A stretch of DNA of 58,278 bases, filler included, from Trypethelium eluteriae (lineage: Eukaryota), in NCBI GenBank assembly GCA_051942245.1. It is 2 parts of 2 records of this genome, joined end to end, with 100 filler letters (N's around TTAATTAATTAA, not from the genome) between each part and the next. Parts side by side here need not be neighbours in the genome. Positions count along the whole stretch, not along the records: positions 1 to 29,143 come from JAVECL010000298.1; positions 29,244 to 58,278 come from JAVECL010000299.1. One strand, given 5' to 3'. This document shows, in pieces, positions 25,858 through 38,900 of the stretch. Below the pieces are notes generated by a model that worked only from the letters and a program-made list of their open reading frames with translations, had not been told where the DNA came from and ran no database searches. Within the stretch, counting starts at the first letter, position 1; every line of letters starts with the position of its first letter. Both the position numbers and the translations under genes were made by a program.

Positions 25858-28800
25858 ATGGCACAAAGCACAAAAGGTGCAAGTGGGCAAACTCCTGCGT
25901 CTGTCTCTACAAATAACGGCGTCGCACATGCCGCTCCGCCTGTCAATCGGAAGAAACAAAAGCGGAGGGAAAAACAAGCCGCCAAGCAGGCAGCCGAGCA
26001 GTCTCAACCACATGCGCTGGACGCAGCCGCCAGGAATGGTCATGTACCACAAGGTCACAGCACCCTCAACCACTCCAAAGCTCACCACCAAGCGTCCCAA
26101 CCAGAGCTCGACTTTGGCGATGGCGATTTCGACTCTGATGAGCTGGAGTTCGATCAGACTGAGCACTACTACATGGATGGTGAGGACCACACGAACCCTT
26201 CCGCACACGGGCCAGGCCTTGTCGATGCGAACGGACAGCCTGTAGACGGTAGTGATCAGAAGGCTTCTACTGGCAAGAAATCAAAAAAGAAGAAACGCAA
26301 CAAAGGTGCCCACCCTGGTGCGGAATGGGAGGAATCTGTGGGCGGCTCAAGTTCCATCCCTCACCTGCACGCGCCATCGCCGCCAACACATCCACCAACC
26401 CTTTCCAACGATGCTCTCCGGACCATTAAGAACAGTTCAAAGAACTCGTCCATATGGAACACCTCCATGGCAGAGGAACGCGAGCGCATTAAAGAGTTCT
26501 GGCTGTCACTGAACGAAAAAGATCGCAAGAGCTTGGTGAAAATAGAGAAGCAGACTGTACTTGCTAAGATGAAAGAGCAGCAAAAGCATTCGTGTAGCTG
26601 TACGGTGTGTGGACGTAAACGGACCGCGATAGAAGAAGAATTGGAGGTTTTGTACGATGCATATTACGACGAACTGGAAAGCTACGCAAATCGTCAGCAG
26701 TCTCTTGGTTCCGGAATGCCTATACTCCCTCCAACGAGCAGATACGTTCATCCGATGGGCCATATGACTACGGCAGATCGTGGTTATCACGCATCAATGA
26801 GTCGAAAGCGCCTGCAAGAATTGGGTGAGGATGATGTTGAGTCTGGTGAAGATGAGTACGGAGATGATGAGATCTATAGTGGAGAAGAGAGTGAAGAATA
26901 TAGCGACGAAGATGCTGAAGAGATCCCGAGGGGTGCTGCTGCTGACTTCTTCAATTTCGGTCAAAGTCTTCAAGTCAAAGGTGCGTTTCTGAAACAAAAG
27001 CCCAAACAGAGATGATGCTCATAAATAGCGTAGGCGGTATCTTGACTGTGGCCGACGATCTTCTCCAGAATGACGGCAAGAAGTTCATCGAAATGATGGA
27101 ACAACTCGCAGAACGTCGGATGCAACGTGAAGAAGAAGCACAATTCGCTGCGTCAGGACTAGGCAGTTCATCCCAACATCCATACTCCAATCATCCACCT
27201 GATGAAGATGATTTTGAGGATGAAGACGAAGACGAGTACGACAGTCAAGAAGATTACGACGAGGAAGAAGATGAGATGGTCTGTCATGTATACACATTAT
27301 GGTGAATTGGACTGACCGATCTATAGGAATCCATGACAGAAGAGCAGCGGATGGAAGAGGGTCGACGAATGTTTCAGATATTTGCCGCCCGCATGTTTGA
27401 GCAGAGAGTTCTCACAGCCTACAAAGAGAAGGTAGCAAAAGAAAAGGCTGAGATGCTACTTCAGGAGCAGGAAGAAGAGGAGCGACGTGCCGAAGAACGA
27501 AAAGCCAAGAAGGCTCGGGATGCTCAGAAGAAGAAGGCCAAGAAAGATCTGCAGAAGCAGGCCAAGGCAGAAGAAAAGGCCAAGAAAGAGGCTGAGAAGG
27601 CAGAGGAAGAAGCCGCCGCGAAAGCCGCCGAGGAGAAGAAGCAGGAAGAGCAGCGAAGGAAGAAAGAAGAGCAGCGGAAGAAGAAAGAGACCGAGCGCAA
27701 GGCTCAAGAGGAGGAGAAGCAGAGAAAGGAGGCCGAGCGATCAAAACGGCAGCAAGAAGAGCGTGAGCGGCAACAAGAGAATGAGCGCAAAGCTCGAGAG
27801 CAGAAGGCTCAAGACAAGAGGGTCAAGGAAGAGGCGAAGCGGAGACAGCGCGAGGAACAAGAGATGAAGGAACGAGAAGCTAAGGAACGAAAAGTCCGAG
27901 AAGAAAAGGAGAGAAAGGAGCGGGAAGCCAAAGCGAAGGCCGAGAGAGAAGCGTCCGCAGCTGCAGCCGCAGCAGCAACGAAGCCAGCTCATCCTCAACC
28001 ACCTACGCTTCAGAAGCGACCTTCTCAGCCATCAGCTATCGGGGCTACTCCAGGTCTTCGCAGTTCTCCTCAGATTGCTCCAGCGCTTCCTAAAGCTCCC
28101 ACACCCGCCGGACGCCAACGACAGACTTCTCAGCCAGTCTCTCATGACTCGTCACCCGGGAACTCGCAGGCAGGTTCGGCGACCATAGGAGGTCCTCCAG
28201 GACTATCGAGTCCCATGCATGCTCCACCACAAGCAACGAGTGCTACCAATCAGCCAACAGTAATGCCAAAGACCATTTTGACGAAGCAAAACTCACTTGC
28301 TGGTGCTGGGCCGCAAGGTGGCCGAACGCAACCTCTTTCTCCTATTCAACCTCCAAGTCAAGATCAAGGTCACGGAAGCCCGTATGGCCAACCTTTCCCG
28401 ATGAGCCCCTTTGGTACCTCTCAGCCTCCAGGACTTCCTCCCATAAATCAACGCGCACCAATGGCTTACCCCCAGCAGGGTCTTCACCAGCCCTTTCCCC
28501 AGCATACTGGTTCCTTCCAGCCCATGCCTCCCAGCGGCAGCATGCGAGGACATCCCCCAGGAATGGGTGCTCCCGGCATGCCCCCATACGGTCGTGGCCA
28601 CCCTCTCGAAACTCCTCCTGGGCTAGGGCAGCCGATTGGTGCCTTTCCTAATCAATTCCCTCCACCGACCAGTGCTACTGCTCCTATAGGGCCACCCGGT
28701 CATTCAAGGACGAGCTCTGCAAGCATCGACAAGAGCCCTCTCGACGGCATGAATGCCTTTGGTCCGGCCCATGGTACTGCACGACCCAATCCGATCGGAC

Positions 28801-29143
28801 GTCCTTCGAGTACGAAGCCCCACCCAGAGTTTGAACGTCACCATTTCCATCACTTTGACGAGTCGCTCGACGAAATGGCTCAAAAAATGGGCAGTGCCTC
28901 CCTCGGCGGCGACGAAGACGAGCCCCTCAGCATCAGCAACCCCGAAGCCCGCGGCTCCAGCATGGCTCCCGGCGGACCCCCAAACCACGCCCCGGGCTTC
29001 AGCATGGCCCCTTTCGCCACCGCTCCCGGCGCCCACAGCAACTTCGGCACGCTACACAACCTCCCCAACATGGGCAATAACCACAACTGGCCACAGCACC
29101 CCCCCGGCTTCCCTCCTTCCAACGCAACCACCCCCTCTTGGGG
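25858..29143 (+). CDS. NST1: Stress response protein Nst1; 3' end lost in the assembly gap
   Basis: Exons 25858-26980, 27034-27278 and 27327-gap. Motifs: NRKKQKRR, IWNTS..EERERIKEFW, KEQQKHSCSCTVCGRKRTAIEEELEVLY, GGILTVADDLLQNDGKKFIEMMEQLAERRM, MEEGRRMFQIFAARMFEQRVL, followed by an E/K/R coiled coil and a Pro-rich tail. Confidence 0.93.
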
Positions 29144-29243
29144 NNNNNNNNNNNNNNNNNNNNNNNNNNNNNNNNNNNNNNNNNNNNTTAATTAATTAAN
29201 NNNNNNNNNNNNNNNNNNNNNNNNNNNNNNNNNNNNNNNNNNN
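29144..29243. other. Artificial scaffold gap/linker (N44-TTAATTAATTAA-N44)
   Basis: Exactly 100 bp, with a central palindrome that gives stop codons in all six frames. It is an assembly device, not biology. Confidence 0.97.
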
Positions 29244-30103
29244 GGAATACGGGTCGTGGTGTTATGGATGGGTCGAAGGCGAAGGGGCCGATGCTCGATA
29301 TGAGTGAGGAGAGCAAGTTTGCAAAGGGGAGTTTGTTGGCAGGCGTGCCGGATCGCGGGCCGGTCATTGATCGCGGGTATAGGGGTGAGATGGTTGTGGG
29401 TGTGGGAGAGGCGGTTTGAGGGCGGATGAGACCGATGATGTGGTGTAAGTAAGTGGGTATGCTTCTGCCGGGGGAAGGATGGTAGCGCAATGAATGATTG
29501 AAGAGATGATGAACATGGATGACCCGGCATGCTAACTACCTAGGTAGGAGGGGAAGGGCCAACAGAAGGCGTCTCATCGAAACTTGCCGGTTTGCTTCCT
29601 GATTTCTGGTCACGAGAGGGCAGAGGCTCATCGAAGCCTCGATTATGATTTCTTCTCCTTTCGCGTATCTTTCGAGCTGCTGGATCCGCCCCCTTTTTTG
29701 TGGGATGGCACGTATGGCGACAGGACAGGAGCAGTATGGCGGAAACCTAATGATCAGCGCTTTGCTCTCTTTACAGATTGTGATACCTATTTGTAAATTA
29801 TTCTTCGGTCGCTGCGGTCCTTTGCACTCTTGCGTGTAGCCCTTTCCCCATGCGGCTGGTCCAATGATTGTGGGACGGACTTCTGAATCGTAGTGCCTCA
29901 ACCTTTCTATGTACTGATTGAAATGCAAAACTCTTACAAAGATACCATTGAGTAATGGACAAATCATCTCCTGCTCAATCAGCCAAGCAGACCTGACTCA
30001 ATAGATGAGCTGAAGGATTTTTACAACTATTAAGGATACTTACAAGAAACAAAACACATGGATGAACAAAAAAATGAAGAGAAGAGCCATGTACTTATCT
30101 GAG

Positions 30104-30619
30104 TCATTGCTCATCTACTTCATACAGCGTGATAACGGGCGTATAGGCCCCCACCGGGGCAAGAACATTGGCTGATATACCGGCTTCAGCAAGAGTTTCT
30201 TTAAGTAATGAAACCCCCTCCTCTCGCATCTGCCCGTGGATCGTAACCGCCCTTAGATTCTCGAAGCTCGCCAGCCACCGGAGAACATCGTCATGGTGAA
30301 ATAACAACTGCGGCGCCCACCGCTTCGTAAGCCGCCATAGTGTATAGGGATATCTACTAAACAAGAGGCGACGGACGCTACGAATGTCGGGAAAGCGTCC
30401 CAAGTCGGACAGGTCAAAGCAGATTATCTCAGCCATTTGGAAGAAGACATCTCGGGCTTCTTGGCGGATCGTCTTGCAGACATGGAAAAGTGCACAATGA
30501 TCGAAAACAGAATTGAGCTCCGAGCGAGGCAGACGCAATTGGACTTGACGATCGTTGGAGAGGACATACGAGAAGATCTCGAGCCTGAGTTCTGCTGGAA
30601 TGTCCAGGAGGCTTGGCAT
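30104..30619 (-). CDS. Small protein with N-terminal F-box-like motif (171 aa from the likely ATG)
   Basis: MPSLLDIPAELRLEIFSYVL followed by ALFHVCKTIRQEARDVFF, the usual fungal F-box-like pattern. The ORF also extends upstream, so the start is uncertain. Confidence 0.65.
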   Translation of the reverse strand: MPSLLDIPAELRLEIFSYVLSNDRQVQLRLPRSELNSVFDHCALFHVCKTIRQEARDVFFQMAEIICFDLSDLGRFPDIRSVRRLLFSRYPYTLWRLTKRWAPQLLFHHDDVLRWLASFENLRAVTIHGQMREEGVSLLKETLAEAGISANVLAPVGAYTPVITLYEVDEQ

Positions 30620-30912
30620 CAGGAACCTTGAAGAAATTGTACTGCTGAGGCTTTGCTTCAGATCGTGGGCTAATGGAGCTCGCAGTGCGTTACGGAGTAG
30701 CGAGAAACGGATAGATGAGTCGAAGGGGAGCTTGATGCCACGCATACGGGAGGATTTTATGGCCATTCTCAATGAAGGAGGCTTTGTGATGCTTTATTTT
30801 CAGGGAGATCAACTTTCACGCCCCGTATTCCATATCCACACTGGATCTTGTTTTCTCTCTTTGCAAACTATATATTAAACCATAAGTATTATGTTTCCTA
30901 CCTGACGAGGTT

Positions 30913-31067
30913 GGGATCAGAAAACTGTACAGGCGGGCTAGTCCATGGGGCAACTAGTCATAGCAAACAGTACCTACGGCGTAGTACCAGCTTTAGGTTT
31001 AAGGCCCTTGGGGGAGGTTCTGGGTTCGATTTCGGGTCTGGAGCTCGTTTCCGCCGCCTTGATCCCC
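30913..31067 (+). ncRNA. Candidate structured Pol III-type small RNA of unassigned class
   Basis: Upstream TATATATTAA (30869-30878), terminal stem GGGATCA/TGATCCC, A-box-like TAGTCCATGGG (30939-30949), B-box-like GGTTCGATTTC (31023-31033), two internal hairpins rich in G-U pairs, and T7 + T9 runs immediately after the 3' stem. Confidence 0.6.
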
Positions 31068-33790
31068 TTTTTTTGTTCTTTTTTTTTGAACCTCAAACCA
31101 TAATCACACTTGTGTAGACGTGACACGACGTGATGTGTGAGATGCTGGGATTAGGGTCTTAGCTCATTCTTTCCTTCTCGTCCAATTGTCGCTTACTCTT
31201 TTCTTGTGCTCTTGCCTTTAACCTACATGAAGGAAATGTCTTGCTTCACTCGAGAGCGTGGGGTGTGATATATGGATTGCATCATTTCTCATTATCTTTC
31301 AGCACCTTCACCGAAATCGAGCGTCTCCATAGGAAAGAGACAGTAAGGAATGCCGAGTCAACACGACATTTTCGAAGCAAAGAAATAATTGAATTATGGA
31401 GCTAGTGAAGAAAATTTCATCATATCAAGGTCAAAAGTTTACTTATACCTTAGCACTACTTATTTAGGTAACGCCCATTACAAGCAGCTTCTTAGCACGA
31501 CTTGTCTCTCAATAGGGTGTTCATCTAGATCCTAGCACCTGATTCTCATGGTCAACACCTGGAGTGTTGGTTTTGGTTGACAACATCCATCCCTACCACC
31601 AATTAGTATTGTATGCGTAAGAGGGATATGTTTTGGTCTTCAAAGTCCGGAACTCGCAAATGCGGGGGCGAGGAAGCCTCGTTTCACATAATACTGACTT
31701 TCCCTCTGTTCTCTTTTATTCGCATTTCTCTCCTGGTCTTGGTGAATACCGATCTTGCAACCACCAAGGTTGATGGCATTTCAGTCCTGCACAATTCTTC
31801 CCTGTACTATTGGGCGTGTGAGACCTCATGAAAAAGCCGTATCAGAAGATGTTCTGCTCGACGGGAGCATTGAATTTTTCTTGCCAGTACCAGATACGGA
31901 GATTCGGCGAACCATTACACTGTCCAAAGAAGAATGAGCAGGCTAGTCGCTATGAGCAGGGTCGTGTCTACAACGATCATTACCGAAATCGTAAGGATAC
32001 GATGCCAGCGAGAGGAATCCAGATACCAGGTCGAGGTACACATAGAGAAGACATGGTACTGTGAGAATTGATGGAAGTGTCCCTTCGGAGTAGTTTTGCG
32101 CTGATACCGAGAGTTAAATCGCATATAGGTACATTTGTCGCATACGAATTTGTGCCGTTCGAGGTGACGGGTATAGTTCCGAAAATTTTCTAATGAAGAT
32201 CGATCATTTAGTAAAGTTGCCTATATTCCATGTAGTTAGCCATTGGATCAATACTAAAGATAGCTATCGTATAATTTGTGGATCTCCTCAAAGATTCAGA
32301 CTTTGCCTTTTGTCCTCAGGCTCAACCATATCCAGACCACCACTCTGTGGCGGAACTCAAAGAAGGTTGAGCGATGCCTTGGTTTACCAGAGCTCTCAAT
32401 CGTCATCACATGAGGGATAAGGAAGGTATTGTTGAAACGTACTGTCAGTCAGAAGAATGGTGGTGCTCGATATCCAGACCATCCACGGCGGACTTCTCTT
32501 TCATTATTCGGCGAACGCGCACATTCTGCCTCGGGTATGCACACATCGCAGCCAACGGTCGACCTGTCAAAGCACCAACTCTTGTAGCAAAAACGATTTA
32601 CATCGTGGTGCAAGCTTGGAAGTCAAGTTCTTGGGGACGGACGTGGAGATTGTCGACACCCCGGGAAGCCACCCGGGAGAATTTTGAGATCCACACTTCA
32701 GTCCACAATGAGTGACTGTGAAAACTGAAACATCCTGGTTTTATATGTATGGGAGGTACAATCCCCACAGTTCCAGGCACTCGGATTCACGGTCGAATCA
32801 TTACGCTAGTCATATTCTACGACTTGAGCTAGACTGCTCGAGCTGCTGCTAAGAAGAGACGTGTAACCTTCTGGACTCCACACGAACAGCGCCAGAGAAG
32901 ATTGAGATTGCATAAATGGTAGTTCCCTAATCAGGACTGCTGTCAAAGAGACTGATCAAAAGGGCAACATTTAGTGATGATATTCGAGTTGAGCAAGGGG
33001 CACCTCTCGGTTCTGCAAGGTCAGACAAGCAAAGTCCTTATTCTGAGATCCAATGGCATAATCCCCGTGAACGAGTATAATGTAGTACTCTTATTTGAAG
33101 CACGGTTCAAGAGCACATTCCTTCCCTCACGAAATTTGAAAGCAACAGTGCTGCACTCAGTAGAGTTGTCATCACTTCTCCCTCCATTACCATGGTGCCA
33201 ACATGTCAGAGAAGGCCAGTGGAGAAATTCAATAATCTTGGACATGTCCCTGCTCACAGGTCGTCACCAGGTCATGGAAGCCGCACAGAGGGACCCTCAT
33301 GGCAACGGTTTTAAGAGAGGGGTGAAGTCAATCTCGACACACTCATCGGAGTCGTCAGGCGAATGGAAGATTGTGTGTCACACTGACAAAGATCTGAATT
33401 GGTGGTCGTTTGTTGAGGAGAGGGAAGCTGCGCTACTACTCCTCATCAAAGCTTTTGCAAGCCAAGAACTGCCGAAGAAAGCCCGTTGGGCGTCCGTCAC
33501 CTTCGGAATAATGACCGGGCTCGAGACACAGCTCCTCCGTGAAATTGAATGACCCCCCCAACGGCACTCAGGACTTTTCTTCTTATTTCTGTGGCCCAAC
33601 GAGAACCTTTACACAAAGCGCCTATCTAACCGATCATACATGACGACAATTGTGATCCCAGCCACCAGGTTCGATCTCATCTCTCGAGCTTCAAATTCTC
33701 CTCCGAATCTCCTCCATAACAGTTCCACCCAAAGTAAGCCGGCCTGTAATATATCGAAACTCCCATTCGTCGTTCTTTCTGTCGTATTCA

Positions 33791-34971
33791 ATGGATAGAA
33801 GTGACAATCTGTGGACTCGACGCTCCAAGTCAGTGACCTGAACGTTTGTTAAGTCCATGCGACAGCTTGAACTGACCTCTCCATGCAGTTCGAACAAGCT
33901 ATCTTTGAATAATGAGAATCATGAATCCAAGGGGGATCATCCTACGCGGAACTACTCTTCTGCTAAGAGATTTGGCAGTGGAGACAGCGGTTCACTAGGG
34001 AGAGGCAATCCTTTCAACGCAATTTCTCCTCTGAATACCAACACCACCTCCTCACCTACTTCCGGCGCATCCAACGCTTTTGGTCTCGGTTCTGGCGCTT
34101 TTGCCTCGTTCAGCTCATCCAAAACTCCCAAAACACCTGGCAAAGCTTTCGACTGGTTGAAGCCATCAGGACAGACACCAGGAACTCCAAGCGACAAGAG
34201 AGATGAGGCAGGCAAGGACGCAATTACAACTCGAGCAAATTCGAGTATTCCATCAGAGAAGGCGAATTTTGTCACTCCTGCGGTAGTTGGTAATAACGAC
34301 GGTTTAATGGCACTAAAGTACACTTGGGTGATCTGGTATCGTCCTCCGACATCTAAGAACTCAGATTACGAAAAATCCACCAAGCCTATATGCAAGACCC
34401 CCACTGCGATAGACTTCTGGAAGGTCTTTACACATCTCAAACGTCCATCATCACTTCCCACAGTCTCCGACTACCATTTCTTCCGGGAGGGTATTCGGCC
34501 AGTGTGGGAAGATGAGGAGAATAAAATGGGAGGCAAATGGATCATGAGGCTCAAGAAAGGCGTTGCGGATCGTTACTGGGAGGACTTGCTGATGGCCATG
34601 ATTGGCGACCAATTTGCCGAAGCAAGCGACGAGGTGTGCGGCGCTGTTCTCAGTGTGCGTAGTGGCGAAGACGTACTCAGTATTTGGACGAAAAATAATG
34701 GTGGAAGGAACATCAAGATCCGGTAGGAAACTCATCCGTGACAAACTTTCTGATCACAACTAATTGTCATAGGGAAACCATTAAGCGAGTGCTTGCCTTA
34801 CCGGGGGACACATACATTCTTTGGAAGAGTCATGATGAAAGCATTGCACAACGTTCAGCGATCGACCAGGCACGTCAAGACAAAACCAGTCATACTACTC
34901 CAGAGAAGCGACGTGATACGATCAGCGAGGAGCCAGCTCTAACGAAGGAGAAATCTGGAGCATCATCATGA
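33791..34971 (+). CDS. Class II eIF4E-family cap-binding protein (4EHP-like), ~356 aa
   Basis: Exons 33791-33828, 33889-34722 and 34773-34971. N-terminal MDRSDNLWTRR. Core LKYTWVIWYR, DYEKS (Tyr in place of the class I Trp residues), FREGIRPVWEDEEN..GGKW, WEDLLMAMIGDQF, GAVLSVRSGED. Confidence 0.9.
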
Positions 34972-35956
34972 CCCCGGCAACAGCTCTAACGCTGAGCTTT
35001 CTTACGTCCTTTTTAAACCTCATGTATTGTATGGCATCAATTAGCATGTTTGGGTCAGTAGGTGTCTGGGTAGCGAGCAACTTGTGTCTTTTCCTTTCAC
35101 TGGCATTGCGTGTTGGATTGTGGATTGTGGATTCTGAACCCAGCAAGGCACGCTTCACTTGATACTGTATAATAGCTGGGACTAGCATCTATGGACCTTG
35201 TTGGTTCTTGTGACAGTAAATGAGACAGAATTCGAACTCGAACTCAATGCCAAGCGCTTGTGCTCTGTAGTTGACGATAATGCGCAGATAAAACCTGGGC
35301 TTTGCCGCGGCTCGGCGCGTCATTGCTCAAGGACAATTCACAGAACCGCAATCGGCGCCTCGCGGGCCCCACGACGATGTCACTTACACGTGGGAATTCC
35401 CAAGCTTTCGCTCATTACAAGTCACACACATCCAATCGACAAGATCCACCCAATGCTCTCTCCGGGAACATCCTCAGGTGAAGGCCGCCTCGCCGCTTTA
35501 TTCGTGTAGTGACAGACAGAGTGCTCTTCTCATTGCCTCATGCTCGACGTCTTGGCCACGGCGTCATACCTATTAGACCTCTTTTCGGGCTCGCAACGCA
35601 CTCTTGAACATTCTCCAAATCCCTCAAAGGTTGATTTCGTCTTCATTAGTTCTCTGATAATCCAGGCGCGGACTACTAATTCATCACGTAGTTTAACTAT
35701 GACTTTCAACCTCAACCTAAATCCATTGCAGACGTTAGCGAAGGGGGACCATCTAAAGAAAGCATATTTGCTAGCCCCAAGCGGTTCGCCAGGTAAATTT
35801 ATCTAAATCTTGCTCCAACGGCTCTTCATGACCTAACCGACACAAAGAGCGGCATCCAACTACCAAAGACCTCGGTATAGCCTCTCAAGATCAACGCTTC
35901 CAGAGTTTAGAAAACATCGCAAACTCTACCGCAACCTAGGCAGGACATTCCACCAG

Positions 35957-38900
35957 ATGACAAAGGTATATCACGTCACATGCAAATACAAGACTGGGGC
36001 AGACTAATAACTTTGTCGTAGCCCAGAGTGAAGAGCCGGCTGGAGCCCATGGATAACCTCAATAAGCAGGGCCAGAAAGGTCTCGGGAACATATTGCCCT
36101 GGACTGGGCGATCTGGAGATAGCAACAAATTTATATCTGCCAGGAATACACTCTCTGGGGATCGCGAGCGGAGCTCAAAGAGGCGAAAAGTGAACGACGG
36201 AAGCAAGCAACGAAGCCAAGTCGAGCTTAGTGACGAACCAGCTGAAGCAACCCAATATGAACGCACCACTCATCGTCATTCTCCTACACAACCGCATGGC
36301 ATTGTGCAGGCATTGGCTCACGGGCAAGCACCTCTAAGGAAAGACAATAAGCCTCCCCATACCGACTTGGATACACATTTTACAAATCATGAGTATCACC
36401 GAATAAACGAGCGCATTCAAGCGAGGCAAGACTCACGAAACAGAAAGCTACGTGAGTCACAGGAAAGGCACCCGTACGTCGATCTGCGGCCTCAACCGAA
36501 TGCGCAAGGGGTCTCAAAGCAGATTGATTTGACTACAGTTGACCCATTCTCACCGAAAAATCGACGCGATTCAACGGTCCCTGATCAAGATACTGAAGAT
36601 CACGCTCGCCGAAGGAAGGAAGAAACGCGGTTCAGACCAGCCCCCGCTGCGCAGCAACTTGCCAAAGCTCAACAGCAGCAAAATCGGCGTGAGCTCTCAA
36701 GCCAACCGAGTGTTGGTCACAAATCAGACGTCCCTGCCGATCCCAAGCAATTGTTTTCTAGAAAATCTGACCTTCCCAATGACAACACAAGGTGCAAGTT
36801 TAAAAGAGATGTTTTAGATGATTCTGATGTGGACGAATTGCAAGGCTCGACCACTGTCGGCTTGCATTCAAAGCCGGCTTTCGAGAGCAGTAACCTTGTT
36901 AATAACGCTCGTCAACCGTCGCCCAATGCTGATCAAGGCAACCCTTCTTTCTCTTCGATAGATGACGGTCCGTCTGCCAACATTGAGCCAACTCTCTTCT
37001 CCAACTCTGGGCCAAGGAAGAATATCCTAGCCCCTTCCGCTGCAAAGGTCAAGAGACCCAGACAAGAGAAGCCTTTTGCTTGCCCGATAGAAACATTCTG
37101 GAGTTCAGAGTTCGGTGAGATCCCATCACCGGACCTTTTACTTTACCACGATCATAACTCCAACGACTTCTACGTGAGGAACGACCAGGAACCTAGTCAA
37201 CAGGACGGTGCACCTTTTCCTCTCGTGAAGTGCGGCAAAGTCAGAAAGGTCGCTATCTCCCAAGAAGGTCGATCTTTGAGTATTGATGGGCCGAGAATTG
37301 GCAACGTGGACTACATAGTCGACATCACATTTATCAATCGCAACGATATGGAGGAATTCGTGAGAGTGCTAAAAGCGATATCGAAAGGCACGCTACCTAT
37401 CCTTGAAAAGTCTTTGTGAGTTTATCTTCTTGAAACATGCAAAACAATGGCTGACGAATCAATTTCACGCAGAGATTACTTCCGGGGGCTCTTCTTGAAT
37501 CACCAGAGAAATAAGGCCACAATACACCATCGACCCCACGCAGACGGTGCAAACGCAGATAAGAGTGAAATTTATACCCCATCTCGAGGTCCAAGTTCCA
37601 AACAAGGAGACCATCGACAAGCAGATCATCGACAAGAGGTGCTCTCGGAGCAGGCTCCTAAAAAAAGGCGGATCACCGAAAATCTACAGCAAGACATCAA
37701 ATATGAAGAACACGATGAGCTAACGAACCGTGACTCTGCGCGAAGGTCTTCTACGCAACCGAGGATTGTTAATGATAGCTTGGATTCCCAGAGAGCCATT
37801 CCATTCCAGGGTCGGGAACGGCGAGAAGGCCTTCGTAACTCTACACGTCAAACCGCTCCTGGAAAATACAGCACGCTTGACTCACTCGATGAAATCTCCG
37901 AATCAGAAAGATTTTCGAGGAAGTACGGTCTTGGTGAAGTATGGGACCAGTCCGTCATCTATCCAGAGATAGGAGCGAAAAGGTCCACTGTTGATTTCCT
38001 TGACCTCAAACGCCTTGATGAAGGAGAATTTTTGAATGATAACCTCATAGCTTTTTACCTCCGATACTGCGAAGAAGCCTTCCAGGCGAAGCAGGTCTCT
38101 GAGAAGCCAAAAGTCTACTTTTTCAGTAACTTCTTCTTCAGTGCGCTTTCGACATCAGACAAGGGCACCAAAGGTTTCAACTACAAGGCAGTGCAGCGCT
38201 GGACTTCAAAAGTTGACATTTTTGACTTTGACTACATTATCGTTCCAATCAACGAAGATTTACACTGGTATGTTGCCATTATCTGCAACTTGCCGAACCT
38301 GGGGAGAAAACTGGTCCGCACAGATTCCGAAGAGGCCAAGGAAAGGAATTCGGACAATACAATCCTCGGACCGTTGGAAAAGCACCTCGATGCGGCCCAA
38401 GAAGCCCAGGAGCCTGCGTCCCAGTCTTCAAAGAACGCAAACATTGCTGACGGGCTATCATCAAACGTCGTTCCTAGTTTGGAGGCTGACATGAATAAGC
38501 TTTCTACGAGAAGTCCATCTGACAAAGTGGGTAGACAGTACACCAACTTTGACGATAAGGCAGCAGCAACTCAGCTTGCGCAAGAGTCTGAGGAGGCTTT
38601 AGCCGGTCACGTACACTTGACAGAAGAAGGCGATAGCAGTTCGTTCAGCAAGGTCGAAGCTCGAGCTGAGGAAAAGCCCCAGCACGGTAGCAGCGCTTCT
38701 TCTGAGAAGAAGTCGAGAAGGAAGTCTGGGCTCGTGCGAAAGTCCAATGCCCACGAGCCTACGATCATCGTCCTAGACTCGATTGACGTTGACCGTTTTC
38801 CCACAAGGAAACTTCTCAAAGAGTATTTGATTGCAGAAGGCAAAAGCAGGAGGAGCATGGATATTAGTTCTAAAGACATCCAGGGAATCAACGCCAAGCA

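Noticed and set aside
29244..29967. Small spliced gene right of the gap (either strand)
   Set aside because: Several mutually incompatible splice models are possible, one needing a 40-nt intron, and none gives a recognisable protein.
30902..30935. Hammerhead-like CTGACGA...GAAA, and U1-like CCTACCTG just upstream
   Set aside because: Stems II and III and a cleavage triplet do not form properly. The U1 5' end needs ACTTACCTG, and no Sm site or U1 fold is evident.
30932..31058. Canonical tRNA or SRP RNA interpretation of the candidate ncRNA
   Set aside because: There is no D or anticodon arm in register and the T-stem is defective. CAGG does lie opposite AGCA as in SRP helix 8, but the GNRA-capped short stem and helix 6 are missing and the RNA is too short.
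31100..33700. Possible telomerase RNA or protein gene in the 2.6-kb ORF-poor interval (including the 192-aa ORF 32974-33552 and a VEIVDTPG GTPase-like peptide near 32640-32665)
   Set aside because: Only a 7-nt ACCCTAA match (minus strand, near 31151) rather than a 1.5-repeat template. No P-loop accompanies DTPG, and the ORFs have no recognisable family.
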